From the human T2T-CHM13v2.0 reference genome, Homo sapiens: a DNA stretch of 64,000 nucleotides. The stretch lies in assembly GCF_009914755.1 (NCBI RefSeq), contig NC_060936.1. One strand, given 5' to 3'. Below the pieces are notes generated by a model that saw nothing but the letters and a program-made list of their open reading frames with translations, had not been told where the DNA came from and made no database searches. The stretch's first letter is position 1. Every line of letters begins with the position of its first letter. The translations under genes were made by a program, and so were the position numbers. Shown one piece after another: positions 38,751-54,553 of this stretch.

Positions 38751-40949
38751 CTAATTTTTAATGATAGCTGTGTTTAGCAGCCAGTTTGCAAAATTCCATG
38801 CTTACCAGGCTCACACCTTCCTCAATAACACATTTCTTAGTGCCTTGAGAAGGAAGTATCCTCAACTGCCCCACTTTAAGGTAAAGTAAAAAGGGGCTGG
38901 GCAGATTCATTCCAACATTTCTATTTTTGGGGGTGTTTGGACTTCATCCTTTAGAGAATGCCAGCAAAATTCAGGCATTTCCACTTTTTAAAACATAGGT
39001 TATTGGTGAGTCCACACTTCAATTAGTCAACTTATCAGGTTATTAATGTATTTTTACATGCGTTAGTCAAAATATTAAATTCCATATTATGGGTGAATGC
39101 ATCCATGACAATGAGTTCAACACAATTGCACCTTACATTTTATCTTCCTTGGTATAATCCCTTAAAATCCATTCCCACACACATTCTCTTGTCAATACAG
39201 ATTGGTGAAGTGCTGAAATTCTTACACTACTTTTCATCCATTCTAGGTCTGGAAGAAATTATAGGTGCACCATGAGAAGAATGAGTTTCTGAGGCAAGTG
39301 TATGCATTCAAAGATTTTTTATACAGAAGAGATTTGTTTTTGTTATTGTGGTTTTTTTTCTTTTTTTACTATCTTCTATTTGACGAAATTGATGGTGGGA
39401 CTGGGAAGAACATGAAAATTCTCAGCCTTATCTATGCTGCTCAAAAGTCTCTGTCTTGTGGTTTAAAACTTCACCCCTTTTCCACTGATACTTTTCTATC
39501 AGCATAAGAGACCTAGAGATGTTGAGAATTTATTAGAATTAAAACTCCGCAATTGTCACAATCAAACCTTGGACTTAGTTCTCTTCTATATCTTCTCTAT
39601 GGCCGTAGGAAATGAGAGGCTCATTCAAATCTGCTCTTTAGGCTTTCTGATCATCCATGCCAGATATTTTAAATTTTCAATAGCACAATTTCTACATCTA
39701 CACTCTCTGGTGTTATCAGAAGAAGCCGGGTGACACCAAAAAGTTTATAATTACTCTGTTAGCCATTGCAGCTAAGTTTCATAATCATTTAATATCCCAA
39801 TCCCTCGGCCTGCTCATATATTTCATCCCATGACAAAAGCTGTAATCATTTGAGTAATAGTAATGTCACTACACATAATGAATTATCCATATCTCATTTC
39901 TTCCCAATACTCCTCAAATATTTAAGCAATTCATTTCCTAAATTTGAAGTTCTGTTTCCTGGGGCTGCTTCTGATTACAATTATTGTACCAATCAGGTTC
40001 CTGGCAGAAAGCAGATGACACAAATCAACTAGAGAAGAGGTTCATAAATAAACCATTTACACAGGTACAGACGAGGTATAGGGAAATCACAAGGATTGTG
40101 CCAAAACCTGATTACAGTAACATTTCCAGGTTCTTACTCCCCACTTCCCCATACACACACAGACTCTGCCTATGACTTTATTTTAGTGTTTCTCACAAAA
40201 AAATTAATTGGGGGGTAATCCAAGATTCTCCCTTGCCTACTGCATCCCACTTCAGTTAATTAAATACCAAGTCCCATCCATTTCACCTCTTAAATATACA
40301 CCTAACATATCTTCTAAACACAGTGACCCCATGCAGTGTGGCATCATGGTTCGATGCTTACTGAGTGATAAGAATTTTAGTATAACATTCATTGTATAAT
40401 GTATACACCGGAGCCTCAGAAGAAGTTGTGTAATAAGGAACTAAGTTGCATAGGTTCTATGTCATAATAAGAAGTTCATTTTTCTTTAAATTACAGCAAC
40501 AGAAAAAAATAGGGGTAGCAGAGCCCTTTATATGTCCATAATATTTTTGTTTTTGCAGTTAAATGCTCAGCTTTAGAAAAAGCATTAATACATCAGCACA
40601 AAAGACATGGATTTTAATATGTAGCACATTCAGTTATAGCACTGCAAAGAGAATTAGGAAAGAAGTAACTATAAACATCCAGCTGCAGAGTTTAAGCAGT
40701 CTCATGCTGTGACTACAGAGAGTGCAAATTATATGTTCTCATCTCATTTTAGAAACCAAAACGCATTATATTAAAGCCTAATTTATGTTACAACCTGGGA
40801 ATTATTAAGTTTAACACAATTTAGACAATGTATAGACTTACTGAATTCTTTATTTTGATTAGTATCACTGAATAAATATTAAACTGCCTTACATGAGATA
40901 GATAGCGTCAACACATACAAAGGTCTCCCTACCTGAACTACTGCACCAA

Positions 40950-41257
40950 TTTTTTTTTTTTTTAAGAGACAGGGTTATACTCTGTCAACCAAGCTGGAAT
41001 GCAGTGGTGTGATCCTAGCTTGCTGCAGCCTCAAACTCCTGTGTTCAAGTCATCCACTCACCTCAGCCTCCTGAGTAGCTAGGACTACAGGGGTGCACCA
41101 CCATCCTTGGCTAATTTGATTGATTTTTTTTTTTTTTTTGTAGAGACACAGTCTTGCTATGTTGCCCAGGCTGGTCTCGCACTCCTCGCCTCAAGTGATT
41201 CTCCTATCTTGGCCTCCCAAAGTGCTGGAATGACAAGCATGAGCTACTGCACCCAGC
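40950..41257 (-). mobile_element. AluJ-like
   Basis: Full dimer; TSD core tactgcac at 40939-40946 and 41258-41265. Confidence 0.9.
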
Positions 41258-42945
41258 TACTGCACTACTTATTGACAATAAGTTTCAAGACAAAGCATAT
41301 CTGTAGTTCTCTCTGCTTATTTTGTATTACCTACATAATCTGTGTTGTAGTAATATTTATTAATATAAAGTGTGGGTGGCTGCATTACTTGCAAATTAAG
41401 TGTAACTTAAATTCATGGATCTTCGTCATTTTTGGTCATCTAAAAAGATCTACAAGGTATCATTTCATTATAATTCATTTTTAAAGATAAAATATGATAA
41501 AGAAGTAACTTTCTATGAGATCTCTATGAGAAAAACTAAGTAATATCTACGTGCATGATGTCCCACTCCTATATTTATTTATCCTGTTTTTCTTCACTCA
41601 ACAACATCTCTCTGGCCCAATTTAATCCAAAAACGTAAGACATACTTATTTCTGAAGAATGATTTTCACTATAGGATAGAACAGACAACTCTCTGAACAC
41701 TTGAAACAACTTCACCATGTTAAACACCCTTCAATTGCTAGAAAAAAATAGACCATGGAATCTTCTGTTTTTATAAAGCAGTACAGAAGAAGACATTTGT
41801 AAAATAAGAATAAATGCTAGGTGGAAAGATCAATTTGCCTTTCTTTTCTAAGCCCCATAAAGAATTCTTCAGGCCAGACAGGCTTTAATAACTGTCTAGC
41901 TTTGGTTCAAAGAGCATGTATCTAATAGAAAGAAAGAACAAATGTCCCTCATGTGTTCCAAGGAAAGGATTCCTTTATAAATGTCAGAGTAATAGCTAGA
42001 GTTTTCTGCTATTCTGAAATTAATCATTGCAATGTTAATGGCTCTTTATGTGCACAGGAGGTGGGGAAAAGCAGAATTAACAAATACATAGTCCAGGGCC
42101 CCAATCTCCCATAACCTCTGTTTATCAAACCCACATTCTTGGATTCCTCAATACGGGTTTCCATGTTTTGTTTTGTTTTGTTTTTTAAAGGATAGGAACA
42201 TAACTCAAAATGTTAATATCTAATGCTAATCTCTTTAAATGAAAAAATAAAATCATTTTCTGAAAGCATATTTCCTTCCTGAAAGATCTGAATAAAACGA
42301 AACCCTCTAGAGAACTAAAAGTTTCTAAGAGCATACTACAATATATCAGATATTATTGAAAAGAAATGTGGCAGCTATTTTGCTTCAAGTTAATTAGGAA
42401 AATAAAATATGCTTTCTTTTAGAAGTCATGGAAATTGTTGGAACTTTTTGATAACTTAATTAGGCACTTTTATATTTAAATAAATATAAATAAGGAATTG
42501 GAAAATGATCATTTTTCTCTCACTGTCTTTCAGAACCATGCAATACTGTTTTTCTGCATTTCCTTTTCAGTAAAACCGATTATTTGGGCTATCCAGGGGA
42601 GTTTTTAAAAAAACTCAAAATGGAATACTTTGCAACATACACTTGATATATATTTATGATGATAGTTAATATGCTAAAGCTTCCCAAATACACATGTGAT
42701 ATAAATTTATTTAGAAATATTTAGTATAAAACAGAAAATTTTAAAGGAAAACTCATTAGAAAAATGTTTAAAGATTTATATACACAAAGTTCATTACATT
42801 GTCTTTTTATTTTAGGATAGTCATAATTGAAAAGTCAAAATTTGGAATTAAAAGATTATGGCACAAAATTATAATAAATATTATTCAACTATGAATCACT
42901 AGAATGCTGATTTAGAATAGTTGAAGATGTAAAAACATGTTTTTA

Positions 42946-43376
<431 letters not shown>

Positions 43377-43929
43377 CTATTGGGAAGATGTATACCAATG
43401 CATTAATCATTCATAATTCTAAATCATTTTTCTTTTAAAAAACTCCATTTCTGTGACACTAACATTTATATTTTTCTAAATATAATATTTATATACATAT
43501 GCATCCTAAAAATATACTGCTATTCAGTTTATTCATTAGCAGAATTAATACTGTATAAAAATTTCTTGGTTATCAGGTAACTGAATCATTTTGCATATAC
43601 CTTTGATACTAGAAAACAAGATAAATATAGCTGTATTTTAGTTACAGTTTCTTTGGAAACATACACCAGTTTGGTAAGTTTTGAATATCTTTTTTTCATT
43701 TTTGCAATTGTGAAATGAATCACTGGCTTGAAAGAAACTTTTATTAATAGATAATGAATATCATTCCTATTTGGAAACCAAATGCTCGAATCGAGTAGGG
43801 TACTAAGTTGGAAAATTCTGTACACAAAAAACAAATATTGAGTAATTTAATTTGGATGCATACTATTCTATGTATGAAGTGTGTGGATCCTGGATTGCAC
43901 ATAAGTTAATTTATTAAATATGGTGAAGC

Positions 43930-44175
43930 ATAATTTTCTCAACTGAAAAATGACAGCAATAATAGTATCTATCGGATAATTGTTAAGAGGATTAAATGAG
44001 ACATGCAGTATTGGACAATTTTAATATTACTATTTTATAATTTTCATGTTATTATTCAACCAATCATAGGATTAAGTGGAATCATAGGGTTCATTGTGAG
44101 ATTAAATGAAATGCTATTCACAAATCTCTTACACAGTGACAGGTACTTATATGAATAACAATAAAAATAGTAATT
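43930..44175 (+). mobile_element. Two tandem MIR fragments
   Basis: gaggattaaatgaga and gtgagattaaatgaaat core motifs. Confidence 0.6.
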
Positions 44176-44566
44176 TTACTTCCTAAATATGTATAGTACC
44201 AGATTAATAGTGTCTCAATATCTACATATTCCTCTAACATTATTTCTTTCATGATCCCAAATTACTAATTTGCTATTAATTGGCCTCAAAATGCCTATCT
44301 TTCATGTTGAAATATTTGGCAATTGTGTTATGAGAGGAAAAATAATATGCTTAACATTCGGCAAAGTACTTCCAAAGTCCAGAATGTCCAAACTCTTAGC
44401 TTATATTAATATGAAAATATGTTTAGAAATCTACTTCTGAAAATGGGCTTTTTCAGTGAAAAATATCATTACCCTTTTTGTGGTGCCTGCATTAGTCTAC
44501 TTTAAAAAGTATCTGCAATTAAACAGAGAGGAATATAAAGTTTAATTTGTATCATATACTTAAAAT

Positions 44567-44885
44567 AATAATAATTATTATTATTTTGAGACTTGGTCTT
44601 GCTCTGTCACCCTTGCTGGAGTGCACTGGCACTAACATATCTCACTGCAGCCTTGAACTCCTGGGCTCAAGTGATTCTCCTGCCTCCCATCTCACATGTA
44701 GGTGGGACCATAGGCACATACTACCAAACCTGGCTTGCTTATTGATTGATTGATTGATTGTAGAGGTGGGATCTCACTTTTGTTGCCCAGGCTGGTCTCC
44801 AAACTCCTGGGCTTTGAACAAGTGATCCTCCCACCTCCAGCTCCCAAAGTGCTGGGATTATAGGCATGAGCCACCATGCCCAGCC
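44567..44885 (-). mobile_element. AluJ-like with (ATT)n tail and (TTGA)n linker
   Basis: cactgcagccttgaactcctgggctcaag J-type segment. Confidence 0.9.
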
Positions 44886-45434
44886 AAAATATTATTTTTT
44901 GAGTAACATTAAGTGTTTAAAAAGTTTTCAGGAACAGGGAGACAAGGGTAAGTAATTAAAATATTGGGAGATATTATTTGTAAGGTATTCAACACTCTCA
45001 AGTGTCATTTGAGAATTTTTGTATTCTCCTTTAAGGGTTTTAATTGCCATTGATTGAACAAGTTTATATCCTGTGACAATGACAACTCTGCATGATTTTC
45101 AATTTAGCAATATAAAAATGATATTAAAGATTATTACTACTGCCTCTCTGGGGCATAAAGAAAAGATTATTTATATGAAATATAATGTAATTAAGATCTA
45201 TAATATTACAGAGAAATAATTGCAATTACAGGTAATTACAGGTGTTTTATGTTGACACATATAGGCTTTTTTCTAAAGCAGTTATTATTTTTGGCCTTTA
45301 ATCCAACACAAATCTTATCAGCAAACCTGCCAAATCCATCCATGACACATTTGGTGGAAAACTTTTTCTAACTGACTGTACTTCATTGCAAACAATATAA
45401 AATTGATGTATAACATATCAGAGTTAATATAATA

Positions 45435-45950
45435 AACAATAATAGCTAACATATATGGGCATTTACTATGTGCCAGTTGCTGTTCTAAGTGCATTGCATG
45501 AAATACTGTATTCAACCACTTAAGTTCTTATGATGTACATATTATTTTAGGTCTACAATTTCTTACCTATTATTTTGAAAGCCAAAAACTTCTGAAAACT
45601 TTGTTTCATTTATTCTCACACAGGTAGAAATCTGACTTGGATTGATATGAAGCTATTTATATTCTTGAATTATGTCTCTTAGTTTGAATATTTATTTATT
45701 TTGCTGCAGCAATTTTAATATGCCTGAGACTCTGCTGTGACTGTTATGTAAATGTATGGTATCCACTGAACTATTTTTTAAAATCCTAAATATCCAGAAT
45801 TCTGAAATACCCCCAGACTCCAGAGTTTTGGGAAAAAATATTATGAACCTATATCATGCTCATTTTACAGATGGGTAAACTGGGGCACAGAAAAGGTAAA
45901 TGATTTTGCAAAATTGCACTGCCAGTAAGCAGTTGAAATGTGATTTATTT
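45435..45950 (-). mobile_element. MIR split by a TcMar-Tigger-type MITE (MER46C-like, ~45548-45851)
   Basis: MIR halves catttactatgtgccag and cattttacagatgggtaaactggggcacaga flank an element with aggtctacaat / attatgaacct inverted ends. Confidence 0.6.
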
Positions 45951-46074
45951 CCGTGTAAACATTTAATATGGTTTTAAATGTTTCTTCCATCTGCCTTCCT
46001 TTTTCCTTTACTACAGAATCTCAGAAATGGAATGCTAGATGCACACCTGTAGATGAATGTCATTTTAAGAAGGA

Positions 46075-46203
46075 AAAACTACCTATAGGGTACTATACTT
46101 ACTAACTAGGTGACAAAATAATCTATATACCAGACCCCCGTGACTCACTAGCTATATAACAAACTTACACGTGTACCCCTGAACCTAAAAGTTAAAAAAA
46201 AAA
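46075..46203 (+). mobile_element. Short 3' end of an older L1PA (PA13-16-like) with A-tail
   Basis: aaaactacctatagggtactat...gtgtacccctgaacctaaaagttaaaaaaa. Confidence 0.8.
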
Positions 46204-46633
46204 GAACAGCTTACTGCTCCCAATATTGCTAGCTTAAAAAAAAAAAAAAAGTCATTTGTCTTGAGATCACATTGGTCAGCCCGGATAAGTCGGTTGAAGC
46301 TGGGACATTAATTAATTTGAATGTGTATGTGTGTCATGGTTGCACCGACAGGGTGCCAAGTGCTGTGCCAGTTTCTACTGTTCAAAAACCCCACTGTGAA
46401 TTGCTATATAATAATCAGTCTGAAATCTGGAATTACAGAACAAGCAAAACCTTCAACGGGCTTAACGACATCTGTCTTGATTGAAATTTCACAGATGGAA
46501 TTTCTAGAGATATCTATATAGCAGCTTGGGATGGGAGTTAGGAAACTGAGTTTCTGTTTCTAGCTCAGAAACCATATTATTATGTGACCTTGAATAAATA
46601 ACTAAGAAGTATTTTACTTCATCTCTCTCCATG

Positions 46634-46716
46634 TATAAATTCTAAATTACATTTAGTATTCTGTTACTATAAATTCTAAATTACATTTAGAATTCTGTTA
46701 CCATGAATTCTAAATG
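46634..46716. repeat. 34-bp tandem repeat (~2.4 copies) built from alternating inverted arms
   Basis: tataaattctaaattacatttag(t/a)attctgttac twice plus a partial third copy. Confidence 0.9.
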
Positions 46717-48012
46717 AAAGAAATATATATGAGTTTAGTTAATTGAGCCACTTTTAGGAAGGCCTTAGAGTAGTATTTATTATTACTTCAGTGTCTAATC
46801 TTGAAGCTCTATGTCCCAGTTTCACTGTGTCAGAAGCCAAACTCAGATTTGTCATTTCTTCAGTGTATTCCAAGATAAAACGTTTAAGCTAGTTCTCAAA
46901 AAGTCTTTAATAGGTTTTTTTAAAAGTGACAACTGAGTAATAATTTTGTAATCACAACTCTAAACATAGATTCCATCCTTAGCCAAACTGTAAATATGTA
47001 AGTTAATAATTCAAACATATTTGTTCCTATCATACTCTACATAAATCATTAATAATGTTTCTCAATTTCAGTAATTATTGGAACAGCAGAATACTGCATA
47101 CTGATAAACTATTTCAACCAACAGCAAAGAAAAATTCTCATTTTTCATATTAGATTAGTGGTTTCTAATTTCCTAGAACAGTACATACGTCTTACTGGTA
47201 AAATTTCTATGTATACAAAAAGGTTGTAGGCATGACTCATCTGAGTGGTCCACTTTTTAGGCTACTAATGTAAAAATATCCCTATAAAATTGAAGAATGC
47301 AGATAAGACTTCAGAATTGATGATAGAGCATATACTCTTTAAGGAATATATGAATATCCATAATTATAGATCATAATTATTCATATTGCAGAATACATCT
47401 CAAAAATTTTTAAGTGGCTAGCAATGGGTTATTGTAAATTGTAAGCCTCTTTTCTCTTATTCAAAACTTTGATTTTCTTCTTACTCTATTAATAAAGCAT
47501 ACCAAACATAAATTTGCCTAGAAATGCAGTTTGGGAGTAAGAATGTAATGAATGAATTTACCAGTAGTTTATCATGTTTAACTAGGGAAAACAGTCATTG
47601 TGAATGTTTATAACTTAAGATGATACATGAGTGCCAACTTGTACATAGATGAAGACAAAAGAAATCCAAAATACCATTTTCAACATGTAAGCATAAAATG
47701 CTAGTCACACAAAAATGCCAATGCTTTTAAAATAAATTCACTTTTTAATCTACATTTAAAAGCATAAAAATTAACCTTCAAAATGTATAGCCACAGTGAC
47801 TCAAGTAGAATTTCCAAAAGATGTTTTCTTAAGGATGGCAAGAGGGAATGAATGGTATTAAAGATGCACTTGACTTTCTCCACTGCTGTGAACAGATAAT
47901 TTGAGGCCTACTCAGGTGTAAATCTAACAAACTCAATACTTTTTAACCCAAGCAAGGTTCCTCTACTTGTTTTTCTATTCCTGTTGTAAAATTTTATACA
48001 TGATACATAAAA

Positions 48013-48188
48013 CATATATATTATGTATATGTGTGTGTATATATGTATATATGTGTATATGTATGTATATATACATATATATGTATATATGTGTGTATGT
48101 ATATATACATATATGTATATATGTGTATGTATGCATGTGTGTATATATATACCTATACACACATATATATGTATGCATATGTATATAA
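48013..48188. repeat. (TA/TG) low-complexity microsatellite
   Basis: Directly visible; source of several spurious ORF-track entries. Confidence 0.95.
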
Positions 48189-49669
48189 TATTGGAGGCTC
48201 CCACAAAAGAAACTTAGAGAAGGAGAGATAGAGTAGATCCTCTATATCCCCAAGATCCTGAACCATCTCTGTTCTGTATTAGGAAAGTAAAGTTTCTCAG
48301 TGATGTTCTGGGGATGGCTATATCTGAGTTTGTGGATTAAGTAAATACTGAGCTGGCTGGATTGTTTGTGTGGGGTATTTTATACTACCTAAGCTCCTCT
48401 GCTGTGTGAGTTCCCTAATTTGGGATTATAGCATTTGGCTGACTCTGCTTTGTAGGTGATGTGTCCAAGGCGTCAAACTTCATCAGTTCCTTCCTGTAGT
48501 TTTTCCTCTATCCCAGAGGAGAAGATTTGACCATAAAGAATTCAGTCAACTCTAGGATATATCATCATTTAAATATCACCATATATCAGAAGTTCAGCCA
48601 TGGAGTTGTTTCATTGAGATAATAATTTTCTGAAACGTATACAGCGACATTGTATTGCTATAAACAAAACAAGTCGAAATTTTCCTTGAACTAATGAACC
48701 CACCTGGCCAGTGATGAACTATTTTTGATGGACAAAATATTTCTTTGCCATCTCTAATAGATCCTGTCAATCTGCAAGACTGACATAAGGAAGGCTAAAT
48801 GACTAAGCCTAATCAGTTAGCAGGTAATAGCTAGTAAGCTGCAGTTCCACAAACCCAATTGGAATAGGGAGGAAGGAGTTACTTACAAATCAATCTTTAA
48901 GACTTGCACTAAAGACTTTTTGTCTTATTTCCCTTTATTACTTTGATATTTTTCGTTTCTCAAATATTGCTGAAACTGACATATTTGTGATGAGAACTAT
49001 TGTTTTTAGCCCCTGAAACTGAGTTATAACAAAGTTTGTCCCCATTCAGACCACATGACTTGTGTAATTTTCAATCAGGTAAATTGGGCCTCTTCAGAGA
49101 ATCACAAGAAAGGTTTCACAAACCTCAAGTGGATTATGACCACTGGGGACTAGAGCCATCACAGATGTGGAATAACTGGAATTACAAGGGACTGGTAGTA
49201 TGGAGATATTCTGTGTATGAAAAAGAAAGTTTTCATATACACAGTCATTTTTGCAATACAAATGCACAGGCTGTCACTATGTATTCTGAATATACAGTAC
49301 TAAGAACTGAATGTGGTTAAGTGCTGAGAAAAAAAGAATGATCTCATGATATTTAGGCTAAATCACCAAAGAATGCCAGAATAATAATTATTAAAAGGGA
49401 AAGGTTTCCTAAGGAATTCATTCTGCTGTGTTTTATTTTGTTGTCTCAGGGACAGAAGATGATACCACTGTCATCTCCTTGGTTCAGGGTTATTGGGCAG
49501 GATGACTGTCTCTTAAAGTTGTCTGCTTCTGAAGGCTTTTGATGTAGCCTCAGTTTAATATCTCATGTGAAAGAAACCTACTGATTTGGGTTGGCAGTTG
49601 TTTCCACAGTGACACAGAAGAAACAAAAACGGTGTCCCAGCAATGTTGTAAAGCATTTTTACATTGATG

Positions 49670-50102
49670 TGTTATGCATTGTGTATCCTCAAAAAAATAC
49701 ATTGGAGTTATATCCTCCAGGACCTCAGAATGTTACTTCATTTGGAGATATAATCTTTACATATGAAATCAAATTAAAATGCAGTAATTAGGGTAGACCC
49801 TAATTCAATGACTGGTGTCCTAATAAAAAAGAAAATCTGGGCACAGAGACATACACACAGGAAGAATAACATGTGAAGACTGGAGTTATGATGCCATAAG
49901 CCAAAGGAATTACCAGAGCCAGAAGAGAATCCTGGAACCAATCTTTCCCTGTGACGCATCTTCAAAGGGAGCATGGCCCTCCTTACACCTTGATTTTGGG
50001 TTTCGGACTTCTGGCCTCCAGAACAGTAAGACAATACATTTTTGTGTTTTAAGACACTGACCTTGTAGTACTTTGTTATTGTAGCCCTAGGAAACTAATA
50101 CA
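49670..50102 (+). mobile_element. MLT1B/MLT1C2-like MaLR solo LTR inside the ERV integrase region
   Basis: tgttatg...cctcagaatgttacttcatttggagat...gccctaggaaactaataca. Confidence 0.85.
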
Positions 50103-52407
50103 ATATGTCTTCTAAATGACACACTTCTTGGGTTGGAGGTCATGCAAGATGTTGAGTTGTTTCCTTTGAAGAGGTAGCTCATCCCTGCTGTGCATAAGAC
50201 TGAGTAAAGGAGGTTAGTTTCTGACACCATCCAGGTAGGTCTGCATGCATCAGTAAAGTTTTTCCTAGTGGTAGAAGGTGTCTTGTAATGATCTTATAGA
50301 AAGCCCATGGGAGCTCTGAGGAGAGGACTACATGGTTATTAATGATAGTGGGAAAATGTAGACCTGGGAAAATTAAATGTTTATGAAAATTTGGACAGTG
50401 TCATCTTCAGTGTCTCCTTTACTCATTCTACTTCTCTTTAAGACTGGGGTAATGCTAACAGTGAATTTTCTGGGTTAGTGGAAAGATCTAACAGAGTTTC
50501 TTTATGCTTATTCTCATGAAATGAGTATTTCCGTTTGGGAATGTATGGTTTAATATTTTAACAACTGTGACAGTGTTAGCTCTTTGGCAAGGAAAAGCAT
50601 CTATCCAGCCAGAAACTTTTACCAACAATAACTAATGTGTATACATAGCCTAAAGATTTAGGCAGTTGTATAAAGCCTATCTGCAAAACCTCAAGAGTCT
50701 TGAGTAGAGGAACTGAACCATGCCTCACCTTAACAGATGTACCTGGATTATGCTTGTTATCTACCATTACTTATTTAATGCAAAAGTAGTTTTTTTAATT
50801 CTATAACGTGAACAATCATAGAATAATCTGACCTGGGTTCATTGGTGGGATTGTGGTGCTATGGGGCACTAAATCCCAAAATTGCCAAAATCTATCTTTA
50901 TGGAAAGGGGATCCCCAACTTTGCCTTTCAGAAGGTTGAGCTAATCGCTGTAAGTCAACCATAGCCAGTTTAAATTGAGACAATACTTCTTTTGAAAGTT
51001 TGGTGGAGAGAGATGTCCATTTTAAAGCATCCCTTTTAGCTGCGATGTGAAAAGCAGCTCATTTAGCATGTAACCTTGCAAGACCATTGCCCTCAGATTT
51101 TGATCTGCGTATGCACTTCTATCTTAATAACTAGGATCTCCTTGTGAGTTTTTAATCACTTTCACTAAAACATTAATATTTTTCCACTGGTAGTCAAAAT
51201 ATCTTAAGAGGTCATAAATCCTTCCAGTTTTCATAACATTCCAAAATCATGAACAATTCTTAAAAGCACATCTGTTCTCTTTTTGTCTTTTGCCACAATA
51301 CAAGCTTTAGTCAGAGCTATTAATTCAGCTACCTGGGAAGATAGAATACAATGTAATGAGCTGCTTTAATGGCTGCATTTTCAGTGGATACAGAAAGAAG
51401 AGGATGCCATTGTCATTTTTTAAAGTAAAAACCCATCTATAAACTATATTAAATCAGAATTAACTAAAAAGGTGTTTGTAAGGTCTGACCTGGGTATGCT
51501 TAATTCCTGAGTTATTGCTATAGTCATGTTTTCCCTTCATCTTGAAGAATTCCAGTTATAAGAGTACAATTTGTACAATGGTAAATAGTGATGCACAAAG
51601 AATAAAAGGGCTTCATAAATGTAAAAGTTGTTGATAGATAAATGTCGAGTGTTGCCTAGAAGTAACAGTGATTGCCCAGTACATGCAAACCACAGAGTTA
51701 ATGAAAAGTAAATGCCACATTGGCAGAAGCTTTCACCAGTTTGGCAGCTGCTGCCACCTCCTGCAAACATGAAAATTGGGTTAGATCTTAGTTACCAAAC
51801 CAAGGGATATGCTAAGAGAGACAATAAACAGGCTTCTCTTGAGTTAATATTCCCAATGCATCATCTTGTCTTTCTTGAACAAGAGAGAGAAGGTTTTTAG
51901 ATGATTTAGGGATACCCAAAGTGGGATGTTGTTAAAGAGAAGAATTCGAAGATGAGAAAGCTTCTTCTACTTTTATATCACACGAGAAAGTCTCAGGAAT
52001 TGTTGTCATAGTAAGTTCATAAGAAGACTGAGCAACTTTTAAAAAAATAGGTATTTATTGCTTGCAATAACCAGTCAATCCTAAAAATTTTTTCATTGTC
52101 TTTTAATTTAGAGCTTTAGTAAAATGGAATTTTCTTTGTTTTGGTGTACGAAAAATACCCATGTACTGACAGATCATGACTCAAATAATTTGTTCAGTTT
52201 CTTGGCAAAATCACTTTTCTCTAGATTCCTTATGCCCCTTTTCAGCTAATCTTGAAAAGAAATATGGAGTCTCTGTGAAATACTTAGATCAAGAGGGCAC
52301 TGCAAAATATCATCTACATATTGTGTGAGAATGGACCCTCAAAGAAAAGTCATTTTGTTTAGATTGAAAACAAATTGATGAGGAGTCCATAAATCCAATA
52401 TGTGGTA

Positions 52408-52776
52408 TAGTAGACCCCTCTTATCAGTGGGACATATGTTTCAAGACCCCTAGAGGATGCATAAAACCATGGATAGAACCAAACTCTATATACATATTAT
52501 TATTATTTTTTGATCTAAAACCCAGATGGCTACTAAGTGCCTAAGACAGATAGCATACACTGCTGGGATACGCTGGATATGATTCACATTTCAGGGAGGA
52601 CAGAATGAGATGGTGTGAGATTTCATCATGTTACTCACAACAACATACAATTTAAAACTTAGGAATCTGGAATTTTCCATTTAATATTTTTGGATTGCAG
52701 TTGGCCACACGTAACTGAAACTTTGAAAAGCAAAACCAGGGATGCAGAGGGTTGGGTGGGGGGTGGAGCAACTATG
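52408..52776. mobile_element. MER44A (Tigger7-derived MITE) inside the ERV RT
   Basis: TA-flanked tagtagacccctcttatc...gtaactgaaac; RT reading resumes on either side. Confidence 0.85.
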
Positions 52777-53727
52777 GTATATAGCCACATATGCTGTTAA
52801 TTTTCCCACAAAAACAGTGAACAAATGTTAACTGTATCTACATGTGTACTAAAGAATGCTGCACATACATCTACCACTATGAAATAAATATTTACTTCTT
52901 CAGCAATTGGATGACAAGACAGGTTCCTATTGGAAACTACCAGGAATCTAGAAATCATAATTTTATTGCTTACCCTGAGTTCTTGAATAAATGGGTATCC
53001 TTTCTTGATAGGCTTCTTAAACGGCTATATGGGAAGATTGCAAGGATGAGATATGGCTGTCCTTATTCTTATAAAGACTCAATAATAGATTTTATTCCTG
53101 TGATTTCTTCAGGTTTGTGTAGATATTGGAATGACGTTGGTGGGGGGTTATAAGGATTTATTTGAACCTTACTTGGTCAATTGCAAATATTTCTCTCATC
53201 AGTAGAATCTTTAGCCTGAAGACTAGAAGTAGTCTGATCTAACAGTGCACCAGGAGAGTCCAACAGATGCAAAGGATCTGCTGTAATTTGGGTTGTTCCA
53301 ATGTGCTGCCTTCTGGTGTACTTTAATTCCATAACACCATTACAGAGTGAGTGGCAATAATTTAGTTGGAGCAATAAGTTAGTTGTAGTTAGTTTCACAC
53401 AACTGAAACTGGGAAAAGTTACAAGTCTGGTAAAATCATAGCCTATCAGTGTTTGCTGGAGACATCCTCCCCAGTTATTTTATTTGTTCTCTGAAGAACA
53501 GACTGAGATAAAGTGGTGAAATTTAAGGTAGAAAATACAGCATGCATATCCTCTAGGAACTGGAAGGCCGACCCTGCAAATAGATAAAACACAGAGCAGA
53601 CAATGGGGTGTTACTGAGGTCCTTAGAGGAGTGTCATTGTTGGACCACTAATTTGACTTCATAGGCTCCTTATCCGTTTTACCAGGAAGCTCCTTTTCCA
53701 GTACCCAGTCATTTTACAGGTGTCATA

Positions 53728-54553
<826 letters not shown>

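Larger units (their letters stand above)
49550..53727 (-). mobile_element. Ancient class I (gamma/epsilon-like) ERV gag-pro-pol remnant; probably extends over ~48.2-56 kb
   Basis: Ordered minus-strand motifs: NC-like CKMTGYWKR (~53700), protease-like FLEDMHAVFSTLN (~53540), RT PCNLPI*PFKKP / FIQELRVSN (~53000) and QYVDDIL (YVDD 52309-52320), RNase H FIDG / QVAELIALT / GNGLA (51440-51070), integrase LQIGFIQLP / SGWIDAFP (~50690-50590). Confidence 0.88.

Noticed and set aside
46634-46716. CRISPR-like repeat array
   Set aside because: Adjacent tandem copies with no unique spacers, no cas genes, eukaryotic context
47908-48231. Five overlapping Y/I/C/V/H-rich ORFs
   Set aside because: Artefacts of the (TA/TG) microsatellite
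48200-49500. ERV env gene
   Set aside because: The position fits, but I could not read a furin site, immunosuppressive domain or CX6CC motif
52842-53153. Plus-strand 103-aa ORF
   Set aside because: Antisense to the decayed ERV RT; no independent coding signal
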